A DNA stretch of 38,061 nucleotides from Candidatus Limnocylindrales bacterium. GTDB taxonomy: Bacteria > Chloroflexota > Limnocylindria > Limnocylindrales > CSP1-4. This document shows positions 8,719 to 15,781 of this stretch, one piece after another. The position numbers and the translations under genes are program-made. The notes below the pieces were generated by a model, which saw nothing but the letters and a program-made list of their open reading frames with translations, had not been told where the DNA came from and ran no database searches. Within the stretch, counting starts at the first letter, position 1. Every line of letters begins with the position of its first letter. The stretch lies in NCBI GenBank assembly GCA_035257225.1, contig DATEXG010000040.1:1-38061 (forward strand), in the 5' to 3' direction.

Positions 8719-8987
8719 CAGCCTCAAGAGCCCGTTTTGTCGGTCCGATCATGGGCCGCGTGTTGCGGCCGGGCACCCCGCTGGAGGTACCAGGACTAAC
8801 GGCCCTTCCGTACCGCCTGCGATTGGGGCGCGAGGTCGCAGCCGCGTGCGGTCTTGCGTAGAGCCAAGGGTTTGACGGTCGCGATTTGCGCGGGTTTCTG
8901 GGCCGCTGCGCTCTGATCGGCCCATCTGTCCGGGTCCTTGCGGTTGGGTCGCCGGAGGATCCGGTTACCACTGGTCCGCAAGGCCTC

Positions 8988-9575
8988 CTACTCCTCGGGG
9001 CTGGATCCGGCTGCAGCCTCCGAGGGCACGGCCTGCTCGTGATGGAGACGATAGTCCTGGACGAGCGTGGCCGAGTCGGGTTCTACGAACGGCGGAGCTT
9101 CCGGCATATGCTCGGCCAGGTAGGTGAACTCGCTGGGGTCGCTGGTCTCCATGAGCTGCTCGAAGGAATGAGCTAGCTCTGCCTCGAAAGCCTGAACGCG
9201 GTCCTGGACACGCTCGATCTCGCCTTCGACGGCGGCTGCGTACTCCTGCAGCTCCTGTTCGAGGAACTCATAGCGCCGCGAGGTTCGTAGCTCGGTCTCC
9301 TGGCGAGTCTTGTCCATCCTTGCCTTGGACCGGCTGCGAAGGGTGCTGATGTCCGCCACCGCGGCTTGCTGCAGGGAGGCCGATTCGCCGCTGGTCTGAG
9401 ACTGCAGATTCTCGACGTACGCCTTCGCGTTTACCTGACACTGGTCGATCGTAGCCCGCCGTTCCGCCTCGGCGGTGACACGCATCGCCTGCGCGAGGTC
9501 CACCAGGAACTGCTTGGGGCGACCTGTGGCCGTATTGTTCACGCTCGTCTCCGTGCGCCTGACGCCGGACGCCAA
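8988..9575 (-). CDS. coiled-coil protein (paralog 1, short form)
   Basis: 195-aa ORF homologous to residues 1-165 of the 7661-8587 product (e.g. EFLEQELQEYAAAVEGEIERVQDRVQAFEAELAHSFEQL, DQCQVNAKAYVENL versus EQCQADAKAYTERL). The ORF-track start at 9575 is TTG. GTG at 9542 has a GGAG-N6 RBS and matches the paralog start region at nucleotide level. Confidence 0.65.
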   Translation of the reverse strand: MASGVRRTETSVNNTATGRPKQFLVDLAQAMRVTAEAERRATIDQCQVNAKAYVENLQSQTSGESASLQQAAVADISTLRSRSKARMDKTRQETELRTSRRYEFLEQELQEYAAAVEGEIERVQDRVQAFEAELAHSFEQLMETSDPSEFTYLAEHMPEAPPFVEPDSATLVQDYRLHHEQAVPSEAAAGSSPEE

Positions 9576-9798
9576 TGGGCGCCCCAGACCGTCGTTGCCC
9601 CGCGCTTGTCCATTGTGTTCGTGCCTGCGAGGACCCGTACCACCTCGATGTCATGATCGCGGATCCCCGAGCCGAAGCGCGCGGGACTCAGGCCTTTGGA
9701 TCATGGCTCGCGTATCGCCGCCGGCCACTGCGCCGAACGTACTATGGCCCGTCGTCTTCGGTACCCCACCTCACCGCGTCGGCGGTGGTACGAGGGCG

Positions 9799-10593
9799 CT
9801 ACGGCTCGGGCGCGCCAGCTCTCGCCGGTCGGGCCGGTTGCCCCTTGGCCTGCTCGGCCCAGGCCTCCAGCACTCTGTCCTTGTGCGGCCGTATGGGGCA
9901 ATGCTCGTCCCGGTTGCCCGCTTCGTCACAGTAGCCGAGGGGCACGCATTTGGGAGCCAGGAAGCTCCCGAGGAACGGGCTGACGGCGAAGACCTCATGG
10001 CGGATGAGTTGGAAGAGCCGGCGGATCTCCCATTGGGCCATGGTGCAAAGGCGGAGCCCGGACATGTGGATCAACGCCCGCAGGTTGGCGGTCATGACCA
10101 GGTTCGTGCGTGTGGCGTTCGGGAAGACGAAGCGCGCATCTTCGCCCGGGATGCCGGAGTCTACGAGTTCGGAGTACAACTCGAGCGCGCCTTCGACCTG
10201 GTCCTCGTACCGAGCCAGCAGCTCCGGATCCGCGTCGGCTATCGTGCCGGGCAGCATCGTCGAGGCGCCTTTCTTGTACGAGACGTAGCGCTGGCTCTGC
10301 TGGTCGAATGCCACGCCGGCTCGATGGCGCACCAACTGGTGGCTCAGCGTCCGACTGACGCCGGTGATGGCGAAGGTGAAGACGACGTGCTCGATGGTCG
10401 AGCCATGTCCGGATTCGATCACCCGGCCGATCAGTTCGCGCTGCTTGGCCGGTGAGATTCGACCGTCTATCGCGCGCTCGAAGATGTCGTCCGGCGCCAG
10501 CTCCGAGTAGCACGTGCGGCAGGCGGTGTAGATGAGAGGGACGTAGTAGCGCTCGACGATCTCTCGCGTGGGGAACACGAGCGTAGCCCGCAT
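9799..10593 (-). CDS. thyX: FAD-dependent thymidylate synthase ThyX
   Basis: ThyX signature QLVRHRAGVAFDQQSQRY, plus GHGSTIEHVVFTF.ITGVSR, ARFVFPNATRT and AQWEIRRLF. I chose the ATG at 10593. The open frame extends to GTG 10680 or GTG 10806, but that part is Pro/Gly/Arg-rich and carries an operator-like motif. Confidence 0.8.
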   Translation of the reverse strand: MRATLVFPTREIVERYYVPLIYTACRTCYSELAPDDIFERAIDGRISPAKQRELIGRVIESGHGSTIEHVVFTFAITGVSRTLSHQLVRHRAGVAFDQQSQRYVSYKKGASTMLPGTIADADPELLARYEDQVEGALELYSELVDSGIPGEDARFVFPNATRTNLVMTANLRALIHMSGLRLCTMAQWEIRRLFQLIRHEVFAVSPFLGSFLAPKCVPLGYCDEAGNRDEHCPIRPHKDRVLEAWAEQAKGQPARPARAGAPEP

Positions 10594-10853
10594 CCCCAGA
10601 TCGCGGCGCCCGGGGTTGAGCGGGATCGAGGGGTTTGGAGAAGCGCCGGGCTGGCCCGGAGCGGGGGTTTCGGCCGTCACCCGTCCAGGATAGCCGCTCG
10701 CCGGACCGCTGGGCCTGTGAGCTTGGCCTCGCCATGCACCGCGCGACGGTTCGACATTCGATGGCCCGGCCGAGGGCCGGCCCCGGGCCGGAGCGGGTGC
10801 AATCACTCGTCTGCGAGTGACCGCCAGTCTGATAGCCGTATTTGACTATAGGG

Positions 10854-10885
10854 GTCGATGATAGCCGTTGACGGCTATCATCGAC
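10854..10885. promoter_or_regulatory. operator-like perfect palindrome in the thyX / SatD-like divergent promoter region
   Basis: GTCGATGATAGCCG-TTGA-CGGCTATCATCGAC (14-bp arms, 4-nt spacer). The 10-mer TGATAGCCGT recurs as a direct copy at 10830-10839. GATAGCCG recurs at 10689-10696, and CGGCTATC at 10236-10243. Confidence 0.6.
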
Positions 10886-10896
10886 GCTGCTAGCTT
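10868..10896 (+). promoter_or_regulatory. candidate sigma-70/SigA-type promoter for the SatD-like regulator (predicts a leaderless mRNA)
   Basis: -35 TTGACG (10868-10873), 17-nt spacer, -10 TAGCTT (10891-10896). The ATG at 10904 starts 8 nt after the -10, so the transcript would start at or next to the start codon. The -35 sits inside the palindrome. Confidence 0.4.
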
Positions 10897-10903
10897 GATC
10901 GGG

Positions 10904-11599
10904 ATGGACGAGCTTGAAGCGTGGGTGCTGATCGGCGCTCTGGTCGAGGCGAGGAGAGATCGCGCCGAAGCCACGGTCTGGCTGCGTTCATTGGTCACTG
11001 AGCTGGACGAGGCCTACGGCGGGCTGAAGCTGGCGCCATTCGGGGTCACTCAGGGCGATGAGGTACAGGGCCTGCTCGTGGCGACGGCCGATCCTCTCCT
11101 GGCCGTCCTCCGCGCGGCCCTCTGTTGTGAGCCGCGGCCGATCCGCTGGGTCTGTATCCAAGGCGCCGTCGACCCGGGCGAGGGTTCGGCCACGCAGCGC
11201 ACAGGATCGGCTTTCCTGGCCGCGCGGGCGGCGATCGAAGCGGCGCGGGCCGGGCACGAGCGGCTCGTCATCAGGACCGGTCGAGCCGATGCCGACGAGT
11301 TGCTGGACGGCATGACTCCTGCCATGGCGGACCTGCTCTACGCCCTGACGCCCCGTCAGCAGGCGGTGGCCCGCCTGGCGCTCATCGAGGGCCTGCGCCA
11401 GTCGGAGGTTGCCGAGCGATTGAAGGTGCGACGGGCGACGATCTCGGTCTCCTTCGCGCGAGCGAGAGTTATGCCGCTGGCGCGACTGGCTGCGGCCATG
11501 CGCAAGGCCTACGCGGGCGCATCCACCGCCGCGACTCCGGCGGCGGCGTCCCCGCAAAGCGGGACGGACGTGTACGGACAGAGACAGACCTTCCGCTAG
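10904..11599 (+). CDS. SatD-like DNA-binding protein (cyclase-like N-domain plus sigma-70 region-4-type HTH)
   Basis: C-terminal HTH LTPRQQAVARLALIEGLRQSEVAERLKVRRATISVSFARA. The N-terminal layout resembles SatD-family proteins: MDELEAWVLIGALVEARRDR...GDEVQGLL...IRWVCIQGAVD...TGSAFLAARAAIEAAR. The ORF track begins at TTG 10868, inside the palindrome. I prefer ATG 10904. Confidence 0.55.
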   Translation: MDELEAWVLIGALVEARRDRAEATVWLRSLVTELDEAYGGLKLAPFGVTQGDEVQGLLVATADPLLAVLRAALCCEPRPIRWVCIQGAVDPGEGSATQRTGSAFLAARAAIEAARAGHERLVIRTGRADADELLDGMTPAMADLLYALTPRQQAVARLALIEGLRQSEVAERLKVRRATISVSFARARVMPLARLAAAMRKAYAGASTAATPAAASPQSGTDVYGQRQTFR

Positions 11600-11801
11600 G
11601 AAGATCCGGCCGCGCGGCGGCGCCGGCCGAGGGTCGGCGGGCATCCAGTCGCGGTGCCGAAGGGCGGTCGGGGCGGCGCCAAAGGGCCTTGTCCGACCGG
11701 GAAGGGCCCGAAGCGTGTAGGCTGGCCGGACCGCCGGCAAGCCCGCTCGATGCGGCAAAGACGGTTGGTGTCCGGCCCGATGGCCGCAGGAGGAGCAAGA
11801 A

Positions 11802-12170
11802 ATGGCCGACGCCCGCAAGCCTGTGACGGTCCAGTACTTCTACAAGATCCGCTGGGGCTTCCAGGACGAGTTCGTGGAGCTGTTCGAGCGAAACCACTGG
11901 CCGCTGCTGCGGGCCCAGATGGAATCGGGCCGGATGCTCGACGTACGGGCCTACGAGCCGCACTTCCACGGCGACGGCCGCCAGGACTGGACTTTCGAAG
12001 TGACGATCACCTACCGCGACTGGGCCGCGATGGAGGAGCACACCGATCCGGCGATCCTGGCTCGACTGTACCCCGACGCCGAGAAGCTCAAGCACGAGGA
12101 GCGGCGCCGCTTCGAGCTGATCGAGGCCCATTGGGACACGCCGCTGGAAGAGCACCCACTGCCGCGGTGA
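11802..12170 (+). CDS. hypothetical protein (small alpha/beta, NIPSNAP/ABM-like look)
   Basis: 122-aa ORF with a strong RBS (GCAGGAGGAGCAAGAAATG) and a balanced, aromatic-rich composition (VQYFYKIRWGFQDEFVELFERNHWPLL). No firm family assignment. Confidence 0.6.
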   Translation: MADARKPVTVQYFYKIRWGFQDEFVELFERNHWPLLRAQMESGRMLDVRAYEPHFHGDGRQDWTFEVTITYRDWAAMEEHTDPAILARLYPDAEKLKHEERRRFELIEAHWDTPLEEHPLPR

Positions 12171-12201
12171 CGAGGCGGGCTCGCCGGCGTCTCGCTTCTC
12201 C

Positions 12202-13179
12202 TTAGCCGCCGATCTTCCCGAGTGACTCGATCGTCTGGCGCAGGACGTCGGCCGACTTGCGCACGCCGCGAGCTTCGAGCGGGCTGAGCTCCAGGCGGAG
12301 GACACGCTCGATGCCGCGCCGGCTGACCACCGTGGGCAGGCTCAAGCAGACATCGTCGATGCCGTAGTAGTCCTCGACCAGACTCGAGATCGAGAGGACC
12401 GTGTTCTGATCGCGCAGGATCGCCTCGGCGATACGCATCAGGCCCGCGGCGACCGCGTAATAGGTGGCGCCCTTGCGACTGATGATCTCCTGGGCGGCGT
12501 CCCGGGTCTGGCGGAAGATCCGCTCCATCGTGTCCGCAGCGAGCGGGATCCCGTTCTCGGCGCAGAAGGTCGGCAGGCGCATGCCGGCCACGTTCGCGAG
12601 CGACCAGACGGGGACCTCGCTGTCGCCGTGCTCGCCGATGATGTAGGCATGGACGCTGCGCGGATCGACGCCAAGGTGCTCGCTCAGCATGTAGCGGAAG
12701 CGGGCCGTGTCGAGGATCGTGCCCGACCCGAAGACCCGGCGAGCGGGCAGCTCGGCCAGCTCGATGGTCACGTAGGTCAGCACGTCTACCGGATTGGTCG
12801 CGACGACGATGATCCCCTCCGGGTTGGCCTTCGCCACGCGCGGCACGATCTGGCCGAAGATGGCGGCGTTTCGCTTGACCAGATCGAGGCGTGATTCACC
12901 CGGCTTCTGGCCGGTGCCGGCAGCGATGACTGTGATCGCTGCGCCCTCGCAGTCGGAGTAGTCGCCGGCGCAGATCTTGGTGGGATGGGCGAACGGAACG
13001 GCGTGGTTGAGGTCCATCGCCTCGCCCTCGGCCCGCTCGTGGTTGACGTCGATCAGCACGATCTCCGACGCGATGCCGGACAGCAGCAGCGTGTAGGCGA
13101 AGGTCGAACCGACGAGCCCGACGCCCACGATGGCGACCTTTGTGGGGCGGGCGGTCTGGTAGTTCGGCTCGCGAGCCAT
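12202..13179 (-). CDS. ldh: L-lactate dehydrogenase
   Basis: Rossmann segment KVAIVGVGLVGSTFAY. The substrate loop AGTGQKPGESRLDL has Gln (LDH-type) rather than Arg (MDH-type). GSGTILDTARFRY and the catalytic IIGEHGDSEVPVWS are present. Start taken at ATG 13179; the open frame extends to 13269. Confidence 0.85.
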   Translation of the reverse strand: MAREPNYQTARPTKVAIVGVGLVGSTFAYTLLLSGIASEIVLIDVNHERAEGEAMDLNHAVPFAHPTKICAGDYSDCEGAAITVIAAGTGQKPGESRLDLVKRNAAIFGQIVPRVAKANPEGIIVVATNPVDVLTYVTIELAELPARRVFGSGTILDTARFRYMLSEHLGVDPRSVHAYIIGEHGDSEVPVWSLANVAGMRLPTFCAENGIPLAADTMERIFRQTRDAAQEIISRKGATYYAVAAGLMRIAEAILRDQNTVLSISSLVEDYYGIDDVCLSLPTVVSRRGIERVLRLELSPLEARGVRKSADVLRQTIESLGKIGG

Positions 13180-13593
13180 CGAGGGCTCACCGGTGGGGCG
13201 ACGGCGGTGGGCAGCGCTCTTCGTGGCTTCGCGGGCGAGTGCTGAGGTCGGGGAGTCGGTCTCGCTCATGGGCTCATCGTGACACGACGAGGGGCCATGT
13301 GCCAGCCGGGGCGTCGGTGCGGGCGCGCTCCTGCTCGATCGCGCCCCGCCGGCCGCTTGTCCGCCTCACGTCGACCCACCGGTCCAGTCGGCGACCGAAC
13401 TCGGCTTGGACTCTGGGTCGAATCCCGGGACCGGGTCCGGCCCGTCCCGAAGCCACTCTCACAAGGGGCTACAATCCGGCCATGCCGTCGCCAGCGGCAG
13501 GCAACGGGCCAAAACACGAGGTCCGGTACTCCTTCCGCGACGGCCGGCCGGTGGCCGCGCTCTTCACCCGGCCTCGTACGAGGTAGATCGCAC

Positions 13594-14394
13594 ATGCCGG
13601 CTACCAGTCCAACCGACCGGCCGGTTGGCAACCGTCTGGTCTTTCTGGGTCACTCGACCGTCCTCGTCGAGATGGCGGGGACGCGGCTCCTCACGGACCC
13701 GGTCCTGGGACATGTTCTGCGGTCTCTTCGGCGTCGCGTCAAGGCTGTGCCCGCCGCCTACCTCGCGGACGTTGATGCCATCTTCATAAGCCACGGCCAC
13801 TTCGATCACCTGGACCTGCCGTCCCTGCGTGTCATCCCGGGTCGACCGCAGGTGATAGTGCCGGCAGGGCTCGGCCACGTCCTGCAACGGGCGGATCTCG
13901 GACCGGTGCATGAGGTGCGGGTCGGCGACCGACTTCACGTGGGTGGCCTGGACCTCGAGATCGTACCGGCGGCGCACGGCGGCCGGAGATCGCCCTGGGC
14001 GGCAGCGGACGCCATCGGCTGCCTGGTATCCGCAGGCTCTGCCGTGTATTTCGCCGGCGATACCGATCTCTTTCCGGCCATGGAAACGATGGCGGGACGC
14101 GTGGACGTGGCCTTGCTGCCGGTGGGCGGATGGGGGCTTCGCCTGGGTCGCGGCCACCTGGACCCTCGCCGGGCAGCGGAGGCGGCCGCCTTGATCCAGC
14201 CGACGATCGCGGTGCCCATCCATTGGGGAACGCTGTCGCCAGTCTGGCTGCACCGCCTCTTTGGCAGGCGCTTCGATGCCCCGGGACCGGCGTTCGCCGA
14301 GGCCGTAGCCCGGTACGCCCCGGCCGTCCACGTTCGCGTCCTGGCTCCGGGAGCCTCGATCAACTTGCCTGACCGCGGTGTCGCGGCCGCGTAG
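13594..14394 (+). CDS. MBL-fold metallo-hydrolase
   Basis: LVFLGHSTVLVEMAGTRLLTDPV followed by the HxHxDH motif (ISHGHFDHLD). Start at ATG 13594; the upstream 105 codons of the ORF-track frame are Arg/Pro-rich and non-protein-like. Confidence 0.8.
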   Translation: MPATSPTDRPVGNRLVFLGHSTVLVEMAGTRLLTDPVLGHVLRSLRRRVKAVPAAYLADVDAIFISHGHFDHLDLPSLRVIPGRPQVIVPAGLGHVLQRADLGPVHEVRVGDRLHVGGLDLEIVPAAHGGRRSPWAAADAIGCLVSAGSAVYFAGDTDLFPAMETMAGRVDVALLPVGGWGLRLGRGHLDPRRAAEAAALIQPTIAVPIHWGTLSPVWLHRLFGRRFDAPGPAFAEAVARYAPAVHVRVLAPGASINLPDRGVAAA

Positions 14395-14494
14395 GGGGAG
14401 TGGCGCAGGGCGGGCCAGCCCTGTGACCCGCTCGCTGGCCCCAACCGCCGCCCAGCACGGTCCGCGGGTCGATCCCGCCCGGCCACCGGATCCG

Positions 14495-15778
14495 ATGGTC
14501 GAGGGGATGCGGCTGGAGCGCAATCCACTCAAGCAAGGGCTTCTGATTCTGGGCCCGGGACTGATCACGGGCGCGTCCGACGACGACCCATCGGGCGTCG
14601 GGACGTATGTGCAGGCTGGCGCCAGCTACGGCTACGCCACGGTCTGGACCACCATCGTCATGTTCCCGATGATGACCGCGGTGCAGTACATCTCGGCCAA
14701 GATAGGGCTCGTCAGCGGCCATGGTCTGGCCGGGGCGCTTCGCGAGCACTATCCGCGCTGGGTGCTTTATCCGGCCTTGCTCGCACTTGTGATCGCCAAC
14801 ACGCTCAATGCCGGCGCGGACATTGGGGCGATCGCGGCCGCCCTGAATCTACTGATACCTGTGCCGGCGCCCGCCTTCGTTATCCCGGTCGGACTGGGCA
14901 TCGTGGCCCTCCAGGTGCTGGGCTCCTACCAGCTCATCGCCCGCGTGTTCATGTGGCTTGCGCTTGCGTTGCTGGCCTACGTGGCCGCCGCTTTCTTCAC
15001 CCATCCCGATGTTGGCGCGGTGCTGAAGGGCAGCCTGGTGCCGACCGTCCGACTCGACCCGCAGTACATCGGCATCCTCGTGGCGCTGCTGGGCACAACG
15101 ATCTCGCCGTACCTGTTCTTCTGGCAGGCGAGTCAGGAGGTGGACGAGCAGATCCTGATGGGGCGTCGACGGCTCTGGCAGCGGAAGGGAGCGAGCCGCA
15201 CGGAACTTCGCTACGCGCTGTGGGACACCATGGCCGGCATGGTCTTCTCCGAAATCGTGGCCTATTTCATCATCGTCACCGCGGGCGCGACGCTTTTCGC
15301 CGCGGGCAACCACGACGTCATTTCCGCGACCGAGGCGGCATCGGCTCTGCGGCCGCTGGCGGGCGAGTGGTCGACGGCTCTCTTCGCGGTCGGGCTGATT
15401 GGGGCTGGGATCCTGGCCGTGCCGGTTCTGACTGGGTCCGCGGCATATGGTGTGGCGGAGACGTTCGGCTGGCGATCCGGCCTCAACCGGCGTCCGTCAC
15501 GCGCACCGGAGTTCTACGCCGTCATCGCCGCTGCCACTGTTGTCGGAATGGGCATCAACTTCGTGGGCATAAACCCGATCGCCGCCCTGGTCATCGTGGC
15601 CGTCATCAACGGCATGCTGGCGGCGCCGCTCGTCGTCGTGATGATGCTCGTCTCGAACGATCGCAAGGTGATGGGCGAGCGGACCAACGGGCGGCTCCTG
15701 AACGCGGTCGGCTGGGTGACCGCGGCCATCATTTCCGTGGCGGCGCTGGCGCTCATCGCCACCACCGTGCTGGGCTGA
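14495..15778 (+). CDS. Nramp/SLC11-family transporter with non-canonical metal-site residues
   Basis: TM1 reads LGPGLITGASDDDPSGVGTYVQAGASYGY, aligning with the Nramp DPGN motif. TM6 reads LLGTTISPYLFFWQ, aligning with GAxxMPH. About 11 TM segments. Start is ATG 14495 or 14507. Confidence 0.85.
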   Translation: MVEGMRLERNPLKQGLLILGPGLITGASDDDPSGVGTYVQAGASYGYATVWTTIVMFPMMTAVQYISAKIGLVSGHGLAGALREHYPRWVLYPALLALVIANTLNAGADIGAIAAALNLLIPVPAPAFVIPVGLGIVALQVLGSYQLIARVFMWLALALLAYVAAAFFTHPDVGAVLKGSLVPTVRLDPQYIGILVALLGTTISPYLFFWQASQEVDEQILMGRRRLWQRKGASRTELRYALWDTMAGMVFSEIVAYFIIVTAGATLFAAGNHDVISATEAASALRPLAGEWSTALFAVGLIGAGILAVPVLTGSAAYGVAETFGWRSGLNRRPSRAPEFYAVIAAATVVGMGINFVGINPIAALVIVAVINGMLAAPLVVVMMLVSNDRKVMGERTNGRLLNAVGWVTAAIISVAALALIATTVLG

Positions 15779-15781
15779 CCG

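Noticed and set aside
8666-8971. 101-aa ORF (minus) filling the spacer between the coiled-coil paralogs.
   Set aside because: It is extremely Arg/Pro-rich (RTRTDGPIRAQRPRNPRKSRPSNP...), has no RBS, and its composition is typical of non-coding high-GC sequence.
9760-9798. Hairpin GTACCACC...GGTGGGGTAC just downstream of the thyX stop as an intrinsic terminator. The same applies to CCGGCG-TT-CGCCGG after the pfk stop (about 24490-24505).
   Set aside because: The stems are short or imperfect and lack a following U-tract. They may still function in a high-GC organism, but the sequence evidence is too weak to annotate.
10594-10806. N-terminal 71-codon extension of thyX (GTG 10806 or GTG 10680 starts).
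   Set aside because: The extension is Pro/Gly/Arg/Ser-rich with no counterpart in ThyX proteins, and it contains an operator-like GATAGCCG copy. It is more likely 5' leader. The true start remains uncertain.
13279-13593. Upstream 105 codons of the MBL-hydrolase ORF, and ORF 13140-13586 as a long protein.
   Set aside because: Both are Arg-rich, low-complexity translations. The conserved MBL fold begins right after ATG 13594. Only the short TACAAT-proximal uORF is kept, as a low-confidence finding.
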